DNA from: Oopsacas minuta
Taxonomy: Eukaryota > Animalia > Porifera
Direction of reading: 5' to 3'
Length of the DNA stretch: 64,000 nt
Assembly (NCBI GenBank): GCA_024704765.1
Contig: JAKMXF010000110.1
Coordinates: forward strand, 744,001-808,000
A program made the translations under genes and the position numbers. This document shows positions 38,501 through 48,893 of this stretch, in pieces. Below the pieces are notes generated by a model. The model saw only the letters and a program-made list of their open reading frames with translations, searched no databases and was not told where the DNA came from. Numbering within the stretch: the stretch's first letter is position 1; each line of letters begins with the position of its first letter.

Positions 38501-40781
38501 GATATTATCCCATCTGGAGCGAAGTCTTCTACCCTGTAATCTACATTCAATTTATCCAGTACTGTCTCCATGAAGTGAGAGCTAGCTACGAATATCGGAT
38601 CCTGTTCGTTTATAATGGCTACTCGTTTCCAGTTGTTTTGCTGGATGAACCTCGCACGAGCAGGGACTGCATTCAAATCTGAAGGCACACCTCTGACGAA
38701 CCTTTTATATATTTCTTCATCTGCTAGGTTTGGGGCTGTTGAAGCATACGCGATCTGTGCCAGTCCGTACCGATATGAGAGAGCTGCTACTTGACTAGTG
38801 GCTACTGCACATCCTCCCCCAAACACAGCCATGTATGTTTTCGTTTGATATCCCAGAGCATCCACGAATTCTTTGAGAGCTATCCCTCCGTTACATTCCG
38901 TATTCTTCCAGTCTATCACTAGCTCGTAATCAGTGAGAATTGTTCCATTTTGCTGTATATGTTTGAGAGCTAATTCAGCACTGTATTCTACGAACGGTTC
39001 TGTCCATCCATTCCCGCTTTTTGGGTACAATCCTAATATATCTAATCTCTGTTTACAGATTACTACCTGTATGTATATACAGAGTACTGCAGTTAATGAT
39101 AATAGTGGTATCTTCATGACCGATTTGTTATTCTTAAGTTTTAAACTATCAAACCTCTTTTATATATTTATTTGTATTATTTTTCTGCAGACTTGTAAAT
39201 ACATATACAGTATACACTGGTCATTGTCATTTCCGTTACTTTCTTTGATTAGTTTAATTTTTATACTTTCACTGTAATAATTCTTTGTAATTCCTTTCAT
39301 TATATATTTCTTTATGTGTAAAGTCATAACTCCTTAATTAACCAAAATATTAATCGTTGTTTACACCTTGCATTCCTATAATTCTGATTGTGCTATCGAT
39401 CATTCTTCTATTATATTTATGTAATAATTCACGTCTGGTATATTAGCCGTGTAAATATGCTAGAACATATGTTATTATTATTATTTATTCATAAACTTAT
39501 TGGTTATCATTTTCAGCATTTGGGCATAGAGATAATTTTCCGATAACTAATGAGAAGTAATTCGTTGTCAAATGGACGTGACCTGTGCTATCCAAGGGAG
39601 CTGTAACCCTGCGATTGAAGAGCCCCCGAATAATCCCGCTGGTCGTGTATATATCCATTAGTTATAACCTTCATTATTATGATATAATGTTCTTAGGTTT
39701 CTACAGAAATGTGCCAAGCTCTTCTTTAGTCTCCCATACCTACAGAATATAATTCCTCTCTCAGTAGCTGCTGCTAAAATAGGACACAGAGAGGCTTCTC
39801 TATCTATATTAAAGTTCTACAAGGATCTTGTCACTACAGCATTTCCTGTATGTCTACCTACATCACCTAAACGTATAGCCTCATAATATAGTCATTATAA
39901 TACCATAAGGCGAATATCAATAGTTTAATTTCGTTGTTGCTAGATGACCTTATCTTACTCTAGCTACATTCCTATGTTACTTGTTGTATCTAGGGAGCTA
40001 AGATGATAGATGCTCAATCAGATGCACTTACTGCACTAAATACTAATGGACAGACTATTATTGACGGTTAGTTACACCCATTAGAGGTGTTACATGTACC
40101 CTTATCTTATATCTATTATGTTGTTTAGTTTTGGTGTTTGGACTAGCGGGAGAGATTCCATCTCGTCTATCTATTGAGCTAGCTGATTGTCTATGGGCCT
40201 TCCTAGAATCCTGTAGGAATGTGAGTTATCTTAAATATTATATTTGTACGTATATGATAATTTCCAATTCGTAATTTTTAAGATATGTGTGCTGTAGGAG
40301 ACTCTCCAATGGATTAGATCATCTCTAGAGAGAGCTCCTGACCATTCCCCTTCTGGATTAGCTGTCAGAGCAGATACTAAACAGAAATTCTATTCAGATA
40401 CAGAAAAGTATGTATTTCATCTTGTAGTATTAACCTTATGTATTCTTGGTATATCTGTTATATATTAAACTGGGATATTACCAGAAATCCATAGTTACCT
40501 GCAGCTGGTTCATATTCTTGCTTATAATATAGCAATACATAGCGAATATCTATGGTATACTTCGTCACCAGATCCTCGACTTGTTAATTCTAGCTTGGTT
40601 CAGATATTCTCCATAGTACTGTTCCATTCAGAGTCTAAGCCCTTGATATGACTGAACTGGGCCTCGCTCTAGACACATGATTACACTAATCAATGGTATA
40701 ATTCTGTACCTTTACAGGTGTGAAGATAAAGAACATTTCAAGAGTATTTGTCGCAGTCTTGCTGGTAAATACCATGCTTAA
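23550..40781 (+). CDS. TNPO3: Transportin-3, multi-exon, with nested genes in three introns
   Basis: MSDKPTTEQV..LDALY; GWEIADSLL; YFAACTM; LALADLA..PSW; DPCIWLDRLSSIF; LWPLFAQVLEKY...ERACR|SLRFMLRC; HSCFLYLGSIIIDEYG; SPDTVDDFFRL; GHREASLSILKF; the last exon ends KYHA* at 40781. Confidence 0.92.
24395..24500 (+). repeat. Dispersed repeat family 4
   Basis: ATACCAACG[TA]GGTAACCAT...TATGTCCCCC...AAAATATGAATAATCACTAATAA is also at ~63608-63730, with a reversed fragment at ~50190-50245. Confidence 0.65.
25201..25306 (+). mobile_element. hAT-like MITE in a TNPO3 intron
   Basis: Right end AGTTTGGGAACTGCTG (= CAGCAGTTCCCAAACT); the internal CCCCTTGGT[GC]ATCCAC motif is shared with 61174. Confidence 0.55.
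27244..27312. repeat. (AATATTAAT)n simple repeat
   Basis: Read directly. Confidence 0.9.
28607..28761. mobile_element. MITE family 1 copy
   Basis: CAGTCACCTCCTGTTATATCTAACACGGATATT...ATATCGAAGTGTGAA...CCCTTTGAGCTT...ATTACAGAA. Confidence 0.75.
29138..30073 (+). CDS. Unknown coiled-coil protein nested in the TNPO3 intron 28582-30630 (same strand)
   Basis: 311-aa intronless ORF with two heptad segments and a CEVCKSLLC stretch. Confidence 0.7.
   Translation: MLSFRRQIQRQQSCQACLTLTLSLKQYSSDKSKLTSDILSLQNTLIQLKQDVKILRIENISAETGLRESAKQWQRPENSFYFTTIDDDYELPKSSLSIGSRPPLVRPRKSRFIPEVSIERPQSPPRDVSIDIPVISVIPEEDPDEFYIPIGQLGCEVCKSLLCQIRREIGELKLMSKSLTVKREEIADYQKQADELERSKHELKRQITKQSNNSQIKVGPELFSPSSYDFYTSQSSIDPYTPQWEHPNGSGMDREYSDHPEPTGDTFSVLLSDYKAGQDQLRQLLANQDTIVKQMCELYYNRTGDSSYGSS
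31133..31978 (+). CDS. NUDT6: Nudix hydrolase 6-like, nested in the TNPO3 intron 30858-32168 (same strand)
   Basis: Complete Nudix box GHANAGESIVTAGIREVLEETGI; NUDT6-type FTFHH..YL.LVRWL and LPGYATHYIGVGG. The likely ATG is 31133. Confidence 0.88.
   Translation: MAEVTNKLVDIGKVDKLYNGVVIDLQRHEIPTQQFEFLLPQAVAKWQSDKRRGIHIMIPITQSELIPIAVRNQFTFHHSHPSYLKLVRWLPVDEPNLLPGYATHYIGVGGVVVNNNNEVLAVREKFHLLPGQPINWKFPGGHANAGESIVTAGIREVLEETGIKCEFRSLLCFRHTFNYKYGCDDLYYIIWYHALTHDITSDPHEIAECKWIPIAEYVAMLTDTTRLNRYAVECYIKLQEKGTSGRGGIDMFHMPHPVPARGTTDVYGFVPVGDETTPHKL
32823..32911. mobile_element. Short MITE family 1 derivative with clear TIRs
   Basis: TA|CAGTCAACTCCCGTCATATT ... ATATTACGGGAGTTGGTTG. Confidence 0.7.
33054..35654 (-). 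CDS. Class C GPCR, GABA-B-like (Venus flytrap domain + 7TM, no cysteine-rich domain), copy 1
   Basis: 866-aa intronless ORF: signal peptide, GGGCAVAT, YASTAPNL, YVYDSIWTLALAL, seven hydrophobic segments, AYNLRNVK. It is antisense within the TNPO3 intron 32782-39696. Confidence 0.92.
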   Translation of the reverse strand: MKIPLLSLTAVLCIYIQVAICKQRLDILGLYPKSGNGWTEPFVEYSAELALKHIQQNGTILTDYELVIDWKNTECNGGIALKEFVDALGYQTKTYMAVFGGGCAVATSQVAALSYRYGLAQIAYASTAPNLGNRNLYPKFVRGVPSDLNAVPARARFIQQNNWKRVAIINEQDPIFVASSHFMETVLDKLNVDYRVEDFAPDGTLPLEQQVSTIADNLRGNGYRIIIANMYEDAAIKIFCELHKKGENYLLPPIATWIFLGWFTDQWHKKQDVLDEVGCTAEQVAEISNGALGFLGAHSENNFRGETEDNEQPNIVNKSTAEIYQEYKSLALSRIGDDIVRFEKESDRHDAYVYDSIWTLALALQDTVNTGMNLTEISQENILQANSIYFSEDSDYSNAVYTGMLKQNFIGWSGKVEFYGHERFYDRVQVLEFVNGSLIRRGECENIPYYENYTDDTINQIMCIQEDYMYFNVEAATDGIENTHVHIAIISIGILLSFCIVAYVTILIVVIIVGKFQKLESIKNSSPILTCIILTGNYLLILAGVFYVTNDRIVEHDNSGFMGNIEGEPATTEVCETANCKLLCMLPVSLLLVASSLIFGGMIGKASLIYLLAVKLRFDLGQKVRLLVQFAWPLLFTCVDIIFVIIWSLVSSLVMKSEVLPAGSDITPFISVIQCGISAQQVIASDVFIGLLIIYKIFIVLIGLVMAYNLRNVKIKSLQYWGTITWTMYNMTIFTLVLILSFFLIQDYVTKRAVLPVLILITVILTASITGLPPVYYRFRDPHLTQNVFMPSGLRVEIRNDEVMLKNQVAALQSDRTELKSEIEDLKSTNSEIIRRMTSSEEIFLPPIEEKTPDPTIEEKTPDPNN
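36571..39117 (-). CDS. Class C GPCR, GABA-B-like, copy 2
   Basis: 848-aa near-identical tandem paralog. Confidence 0.92.
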   Translation of the reverse strand: MKIPLLSLTAVLCIYIQVVICKQRLDILGLYPKSGNGWTEPFVEYSAELALKHIQQNGTILTDYELVIDWKNTECNGGIALKEFVDALGYQTKTYMAVFGGGCAVATSQVAALSYRYGLAQIAYASTAPNLADEEIYKRFVRGVPSDLNAVPARARFIQQNNWKRVAIINEQDPIFVASSHFMETVLDKLNVDYRVEDFAPDGIISLDQQVSTIADNLRGYRVIIANMYEDAAIKILCKLYTRKENYLLPPIATWIFLGWFTDQWHKKQDVLDEVGCTAEQVAEISNGALGFRVIHSENNFRGETEDNEQLTIVNKSTAEIYQEYKSLALSRIGDDIMRFEKESDHHDAYVYDSIWTLALALQDTVNTGMNLTEISQENILQANSIYFSEDSDYSNAVYTGMLKQNFIGWSGKVEFYGHERFYDRVQIVEFVNGSLIRRGECENIPYYENYTDDTINQIMCIQEDYMYFNVEAATDGIENTHVHIAIISIGILLSFCIVAYVTILIVVIIVGKFQKLESIKNSSPILTCIILTGNYLLILAGVFYVTNDRIVEHDNSGFMGNIEGEPATTEVCETANCKLLCMLPVSLLLVASSLIFGGMIGKASLIYLLAVKLRFDLGQKVRLLVQFAWPLLFTCVDIIFVIIWSLVSSLVMESDVLPTGSDITPFIRVIQCGISTQQVIVSNVFIGFLIIYKGGIVLIGLVMAYNLRNVKKNSLRYWGTITWTTYNMTIFTLVLILSFFLIQDYVAKRAVIFALVLLTVFITANITGLPPVYYRVRDPHLLKEKSHLPGLRGGIVQDEIMLKEQVTALQRDMNQLETEMEILKSDKFTKDSGPSADTFVNEFANTN

Positions 40782-42062
40782 CATACTGACAGATTCAAGT
40801 AGGACTCTATCAATTACTATTAGTAGTGCTTCAAATACTTATTTTTATTCCTAAACCTTGGTAGAAATAGCTGTATCGATTGATGGCTTGTGTGTGTGTG
40901 TGTGTGTGTTTGTTTATTTGTTTATTTGTTTGTTTACAATAGTTTTATACATATGTTTAGTATACTGACTATTTATCCTAATTAGCATCACTTCTATCAG
41001 TTTATGTATATTTATATGGTCAGCAAAGATACGTTAAATGACATTAGTGAGGATGTGGGAGAGATAGCAACCAATATTCGTAGAATTGTCTGATTGCTGT
41101 TTGTATATTCTATCAATTCATACAACAACAATAATTGAGAATATTATAGTAGTTGTGATATATGATTACAATCACAACAAAACTGCGGGTATTACGTGTT
41201 ACTCATATTCATGTTACATCAATAATTCTCCAATTAATGCCACGTACTTCCTTTGATGTTATTCTAATTTAGAGCCAGGAAGCTATCCTGGAAGTGGTTA
41301 CCATCACTGGGGAGTAGGGGTTGTATTGTATAACATATCAAGTTACCAAATTTGTGTCCAATCAGATTATTAAAATCTGTCACGATTGGTAGCAATTATT
41401 GCTTGCAAACTTTGATTGATTTTTGTTTGAATACTTTTGTGTATATTTGTGACTGATAAAGTATGATTTTGCAGTTTTTATCGTCCTGACTAGCAGGACA
41501 TATATTGTCATATTATTTTATTTGTTATCGTCCTGACTAGCCTTCTGTGTAGAGTTTACGCATGTACATAGAAGGTATTCTACTGGAATATTTTTGAAGG
41601 GGTTGTTGTAATTCTTATTGAATATACAAGAAATTCCAGCTGCAGTGGGGCTTTAGAAACGGAGTGAAAAATAAATAGAGCTAATTCCTAGTCCCTTTCA
41701 AATGAACCTCCACAAACAGGATAGCATGTTTTCTGTCTTCCTGACACCTCGTTTGTGGCCACAGATATATATTATGTGTTATAGATATTCTCATTTATGT
41801 TACATCTAATATTATTATTAAATATCCGCAAACATATGTACACACAAAATCAGCTGATATAATATACAGAGATATGTGTAGGTTGAAAAGTAGAGTCGGG
41901 TTATGTTATTAATTGTTTAATTATCAGAATTAATTGGCTCTGTTTACTGATTAGAGATTATTTGAATTTACATTATATCTAAGAGTCTGCTAAGTAATAC
42001 ATTCTTTTACTAATTGTATGGGAAGAATATTCGTATAAGATTCTATTAGTATATATTAATAT

Positions 42063-42167
42063 CACCATCCTCTGGAATACGGTTCTCGCATATTCCTGTA
42101 TATTTATACCGGTTATAAGAACATGTAATGCTACTCCCTAGGGTGTTCTTATAACCGGTATACACTG
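42063..42167. mobile_element. MITE family 2 copy
   Basis: CACCATCCTCTGGAATACGGTTCTCGC...GTTCTTATAACCGGTATACACTG. Confidence 0.75.
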
Positions 42168-43301
42168 AACTGCTATTTTATTAATTACAGAATGTTAGTG
42201 ACTCTTCTATTAGAGCTGATAACAGATTTTGTGTATAAACTCAAATTTACTATTTTAAAGGAGGAATCTCTCTAATCAGCAAATAATATATCAGTGATAA
42301 AATCAGGTAATTTAATTAAGCTTACAAGAGATAGCACCTATTGAGTAGTTGAAAATCCCATTTTATAAATATCTCAGCTTTTGAGTTGCACAATATGATT
42401 ATACCCAAATACTGGAGAGCTGGATTATTAAAGGATAATTCTGTTGTAGATTGGTATATGTAATGTCTGCTAAATCAGGTTGAATGCCATTGTGCAATCT
42501 CTGTTACTAGGCTGATACAATATAGAATTATCCCGTATGTATAATTCATGGTTAGTTGTGTAATATTATAAACCCCGTATGGATTACCAAACAAGGAAAT
42601 TGGGTAGACCTACATCTGTGAATTCCTAAGGTAGGTTAAGGTATCCAAGATCTGCTTGTGTTTTTATGAAATATTTGACACAATCTCACTTCCAAAGTTA
42701 CCTTCTTTACATTTTTCTGGTGAGATCGAAGTTCTGTCAGTTATTCATAAGAGTTCGCTGGCTTTTTTTGCCTCAAGAAATTAAAGCTGTACTATAATTA
42801 ATTACGTGAATGGAGGGTAGCACATGGGTACTGTTAACTGTTAATACTCACTGAACTATTTGTATTATCGTCATTATCCTAGTAACAGACTCTACTCTTA
42901 AGAATTTATCACCTTAACACCTTAACACCTTAACACCTAAACATATATACTCCTAATAAACAACTCATCTATCCACAATTGTAGATCAATCTTAATAGAA
43001 AATGGAGAATATTAATTAGCACTTAGTAAGCCGTGTAATGTATGCAATTTGAAAGAATAGGTCCATTAAGGTTTGCCAAGGGGTACTAGCCCCCTCATCC
43101 CCCTGTCTCCTATGTAACTGGTACTCCACCAGCACACCATCTCTGCTACAAACTACAGAGCTATCCCTGCAGGTATAGCTTAATTCTATTAACATTAACA
43201 AACGCCAGAGCATATGAATGTATTATGTCTGTATTGTACTGCCATTAGACATATACTACTGCATTAACGAATGGGCCTTATAGTCTTATGTCTGTGTTAT
43301 C

Positions 43302-43309
43302 TATAAATA
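43302..43309 (+). promoter_or_regulatory. TATA box upstream of the distal GLD2 first exon
   Basis: TATAAATA ~60 nt upstream of the ATG at 43371. Confidence 0.5.
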
Positions 43310-43370
43310 CTCACGCAGACCTGAGCTATGTAAGTAGAATAATCTGCAGACTACAGTTTGATACGAAAGA

Positions 43371-43702
43371 ATGAGTGATTATCGATTTGATTATGCGACT
43401 ATTCGCCCCTTCCCTCCTTCCACACCCTCTCACAGACTCCGAAGGACACAATCCCACATTCCAGGCGGTGTTAATAGTAACCAGAGAGCAACAACTTTCT
43501 ATAACACTTGTTATTCTAAGAATAGGCCCAAGGAGGGTCTCTTGCCCTCTCCGAGGTTAAACTTTAATCGTATGTATAATACTAATGCTCTGAGGATTCA
43601 CGGACCTCCTGGAGACATGGACAGGAGCAGGAGTCCTTCTCCTGCACCCCCAGTACATTTCACACCTCTACATCATACACACGATATGTCACTCCCTCTC
43701 AA
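43371..43702 (+). CDS. Putative distal alternative first coding exon of the GLD2-like gene
   Basis: ATG-initiated Pro/Ser/Arg-rich exon ending CTC AA|gtaagt (phase 2), compatible with the acceptor at 45780. Confidence 0.6.
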
Positions 43703-45152
43703 GTAAGTTTACATTCTTTATTAGTAGCTAGGCAACCAAAAATATTCGTATTTGTATTTGTTTATAGCTTGGAAATCACATGATAACAAATAATTATTAA
43801 TTATCGCTAATCTAATTTAAAAACTGCTTTTCCCATCACTTTCTAATATTTAATTAATATATTACACCTCGTCTGTCTGTAAAGTCTATTGTTACATTTA
43901 ATACACTAAACTAGCGTTTTAACGAAGTGTTAGGGCCTCACCCAGGTTTCATTTCCTTGTATAATCTGGATAAGGAATCACTTTGGTTTTGACAGAAGTT
44001 TACTGGGAGATACAATAGGATTCGTATTTGCCTATTAGCCACAAACTTCAAGTCCCAAGTATGTATTTTGCTTTAGTTATATTCACAACTTTGCATTTTA
44101 TCAGCTGTTTGCAACCAAATTAGTTAACAATCAACCTCCCCTGAATTTACAATATATACATAAGCACTTTCACACTTCTAAAATTCCCTCAACAAACCTA
44201 ATAACATCCCGCCCTATATTAATTATAATTAATTACTTTAGAAGCAGTTTATATTTTGCAAGGTAAGCTATTCCTAGACAATCGTCTGTCGTATTATTAG
44301 CATAACCACATGCTTAGATATTAGACATACCATTGCCCAATATATGTAACTATGAGGCTCTAGACTCTGGTATTTATCACTGATTGCCCTACACATTATT
44401 CCTACTAATATATGTAGAACTCATATTCAGTGAGAAGACACTTGTTAATAGCAGTGATAACTAAAACCGGTTTATTATAACCGTCGAGACCTGTACAGTA
44501 ATTTGAGTTTGTACTAACTGAAGTAAGTCATAGAATCTCGTTAACACAAACTTCTGAATAAGACAAGCATTTACACAAAATCAGGTGTCTACCATGGTTA
44601 TTCAATCGGTATTACTCTGGATAAACCGAACATATTTTGAACTTCCGCTGGTGTTTGTATTTACAGGTTACACTGTATTCTCATGATAACCAGCTCAATA
44701 ATTTCCTTCAAGTATTAGCAAAGGAATTCGTGCTGGGTACACTTGCAAATAGGCGAACTATATTCAGAACGTAGAACAAGTAATAATTTCCTATAAGATA
44801 GGTCCATTTACAGTTCCTCTACCCCCCATTAATGCCCCAGTATAATCTGATGTCTAGTATCCATTTCCTATACTACCACTGGTAATAGAAATATCTTGCA
44901 AGCTTATTCGACTCAAAATTCTAGTTTCACTGTTTAGGAATTGTTTATTGATTTAAAAATTTTATTGACATTTACATTATATGCACCCATAATATTTTCA
45001 CACCTTTTTATGCAAGATATCTTTTAACTTTTTGATAATTCACATTCCAAATGTATTTGTATTATGTTAGATGGAAACCAAGGTATGTGTCCTGTTGTTG
45101 TTGTGCTGATAGGAAAGGAGACATCTGATTGGTTCCGCTTGTGTCTCCTAAG

Positions 45153-45160
45153 TATAAATA
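45153..45160 (+). promoter_or_regulatory. TATA box (with an upstream reverse CCAAT) of the proximal GLD2 first exon
   Basis: TGATTGG at ~45126 and TATAAATA at 45153; ATG at 45190. Confidence 0.5.
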
Positions 45161-45189
45161 GTCGTTTGTTAGGCTTATAATATTATCAC

Positions 45190-48100
45190 ATGGATCTTAC
45201 TAATCTTATCTCTAGGCGAGATGCCACACAGACCACTCCCTGTGCCACTACTAATGTCACGACAGCTAGTTCGATTCCATCGAAAAGTTTTCACACTCAG
45301 CTGGTGTTTCCTTCAAATGTGAATTTCCCGGTTGTGTGCAGTCTCGTCCCGGCTGTGCACCCTCTCGCCTTCACGACCCCCTGTCCAGACACCCAGGGGG
45401 ACCCCCATTCAGCGACTGGCCGGCGGTCCGTTGTCTCCGAAAAGCTGTCTCAGAAGGGATTATCGAAAAGTCTTATTCCAGAATTCAGAGACGGGTCTCA
45501 CTCTCCAGAACCAAGTTTACATCTCATTCCTTCTTCCAGCTCCAACGAGCTAAAGTGAGTATTTCCAGAATTTGTGTATACTTCATTTTATTTTTATGTG
45601 ATAGACTGCTGAATGCTAATTCCGTAAATTCTATACATGCTGACATACTGCTACACATACACACTACAGGATATAGGATTATACCCATAGAGTAGAGTAA
45701 GTCCCTTATGACTGATATGGGGCTGTTATGTGACATATATTAATCTTATAACAATGTGTGAATGTGTTACTGTTATTAGGAGAGGTTACAGATCTCACTG
45801 TACAGGAGATTCAGACTATGAAAGCTGTTCCTCTAGTTCAAACACAGGACTACACTCTCCTATGGATACTCATAATGATATGGATTCATATCCTCCCTCT
45901 GTTGTGTCTGGATCTGAGCGGTCCTCTGGTTGTTCCTCTCCCTCTCTTAGTGATTCAGATTCTGCTCCCAATGCTCCTACTCGTAATCAAGACTCTAACA
46001 GGTACCCTTGTTATTCATACTGTGATTTTCACTTATCGGCCTTGGTTGCAAGGGAAATTCGTCCAAAATATGATTAATAGCATTTAATACATTATTTCTT
46101 ATTTCAGATCTTTTCGATATAAGACAGATTCTGAGCACTTCTTCGCTTCTTCATCCTCTCTCTCCTCCTCAATCTCCTCCTCTCCTGAGCCTACAGAATA
46201 TCCAAAAGAAGATGTGTTATTTATTGACAACAATAAACTGCCTAACACTCCACACAGACCATCTCCCGTTACTACATCCAGTTCATCTCATGTGTACCAG
46301 CTGCCTGGGGGACAACTCTCCCAATCTCTCCAGAGACACTCCGCCCCCCTGCCTGTCCAGCAGTACAGCAAGAGTGCTTTCTATCCTCACGAGACAAGTA
46401 GACACAGTTATTCACACCCTCATACCAATAGTGAGTTATTTGTTTGTTGCTCGTATGATAATTTAATTGTGTGTCTTCTACAGCTGCTTATAGACATAAC
46501 AACAGCCATCAGAAGCGTAGATCAGTAACTAACAACAGAAACTATCACTATAATTACTTCCCTCAGAGAGATACTAACTCCTGTTTCTTCAATCTATCCA
46601 TGGAGATGTGGAAGAATAGTGCGGAATGTAAGCAAGATGATTCTGTCATAATAGCTAAGAGTAATTACTGTGAGAAGTTAACTGCTTGTATAGAAGAATT
46701 ATTTCACGGTAATTTACCTATACCCACTTATATCCAAGTGTTAAACTGTACAAATATGGTCCCAAGCAGTCCAAATACCTTATATTTTCATCTGTCATAT
46801 CGAAGTAATTATCACGGTCCCTTCAGCTTGGTGTTGACTTTATGTTACAGTGGTGCTACTCGTAATCACCCAAACAGGAATTATTCATTCACTTAAGAAC
46901 TAATAAACACGTAAACAAGTTCTAATAAACAAAAATATAAGTTAGGATAACAATGCTGACGACAACTAACTGTAAGCTGAATATATAAATATGATAATAA
47001 TATCCTAAACAAGTAATCATAAGACTGTATTGAGTCTGTTTGTGTCTGTGTGTGTCTTAATTAATTATAACAAGCAATACTGCTTATATACATTATTATA
47101 TATTTATCATACAGGAGTACAATTCTGCATCGTTGGATCCTCAATGAATGGGTTCTCTACTTCAGATTGTGACCTAGACCTTTGTGTGATGACGCCTAAT
47201 CACCCTGTAAGTTATATCATAGCTTTGTCTACTTTTATTAGATTTATTTATTATTATTATTATCTATAGACTCCGACTAGACAGGACGTAGTGGATAAGT
47301 TGTGTCAGGTATCTTACAGACTCAGAGAGAACAAGATAGGACAAGCTCATCAAGTTATATCCGCTAAAACTCCTATCATCAAGTTTACTGATCCAGAGAA
47401 TGGATTTGAGGTTGATATCTCTATCAACAACCAGCACGTAAGTTCTAATATTAAATCTTAGAAATACCTATTGTCCTGAATAGTAACCAAGGTGTTGAGC
47501 GAGGATATAACATATACCTTCATGCTACCATTCTAATTACTATTCTCCCCTATTTAGGGAATAAGGAACACTAATCTTCTACACACATACTCAGAACGTA
47601 AGTATTATAATATACACATTCCATTGTATAATATCCGTATCTAACGTATTTTCTATAGTGGATAACAGAGTGAGACCTCTTATAGTCCTCATAAAGCAGT
47701 GGGCCAAGAGACAACAGATAGCTAATGCCCGTTTGGGTACTCTCTCTAGCTATTCTCTTACACTTATGGTTATATTCTATCTTCAGTCTGGATGTAGTCC
47801 TGCCGTCCTACCATCTCTACAGGAGCTGTCACCCGTAAGTACCATTCCTGTATACCCTTGTTGTAGCTAGGATACTGTTTATATGTGTGGTATGTAGGAA
47901 TACTTTGATAATTGGGAGATATACCCTCCAGACCACCTGGACACTAATCAAATTAAGTGGGTGCCTAACAATCATCAGAATCTGGCTGACCTCCTTCTGG
48001 GGTTCTTTAAATTTTATACAGAATTCAAGTAAGTTATTATTATTATTATTATTTGCATTCCATTAATCCTCCTCTGTATCCATAGTTACCAAAATGTGAT

Positions 48101-48425
48101 GTCAATACGTACAGCCTCTATAATACAACCTTCATATGATCAGCTGGGATTTATTAGGATAGAAGAGCCTTATACTAGAGAGAATGTAGCTCATTCAGTG
48201 TCCAGACCCTGGTGCTTCACTTCTATTAAATCTCATTTACATAACGTAAGTTATACAATACAGTTATATAGAAGCTTACTGTGATAATTACTTCGATATT
48301 AACTAACACCTCCTTAGGCATATATGGTGCTATACTCCTCTGACGTATCATCTATCGAAGCCTTGTACAGTAACAGACCTATCCCCACAATTCCCTCTAG
48401 CTACTCTCAGAATTATTATCTATAG
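45190..48425 (+). CDS. TENT2: GLD-2-type cytoplasmic poly(A) polymerase / terminal nucleotidyltransferase, multi-exon
   Basis: VGSSMNGFSTSDCDLDLCV (GS..DxD); SAKTPIIKF..FEVDISINN|GIRNTNLL; RVRPLIVLIKQWA; GTLSSYSLTLMVIFYLQ; LADLLLGFF; IEEPY. The N-terminus is long and low-complexity. Confidence 0.88.
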
Positions 48426-48893
48426 ACCTTCAACTTCACTTCATAGATCAATCTCGAATTCTGACACAATTTTTACAATCACAATGACTATCAATTGATA
48501 TTAGTAGACATAATCAGTCATGTCAGGTGACTCGAGGAAAACACAGAAAAAATATAAAAAAATAAAACAAACAGAAAAAATATAAAAAACTATTATTGTA
48601 TAAAAATGTGTTCTGATATCCTGCTAGTATTTTTAATCGTATTTATTCGGTAGGATTATGTTAATTAGAAGCTGCTTAATTCTCACGATGTACAAATCAT
48701 GAACTGTTACTCTAAACCAACAATAAACTCTCTTTTCACACCTTTCTTTATATATTAATAAAGGGCAGGGATAGACACCTTATGGAGATATGAGTGTACT
48801 TACCAAACCTCCAAGGTGGAAATCTGTAATCTCAGCAAATTAGATTATTAATTGGGTTAAATACAGCTCTAATTACATTATTTATAACAGCTA

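Noticed and set aside
34057-39277. Duplicated plus-strand ORFs opposite the GPCRs
   Set aside because: They are conserved only because the underlying GPCR CDS is duplicated.
41000-43213. Scattered short minus-strand ORFs, including 43016-43213
   Set aside because: No consistent exon chain or recognised family; left unannotated.
44500-44935. Minus-strand frame with protein-like composition
   Set aside because: It has many stops and no recognisable homology, so even a pseudogene call cannot be supported.
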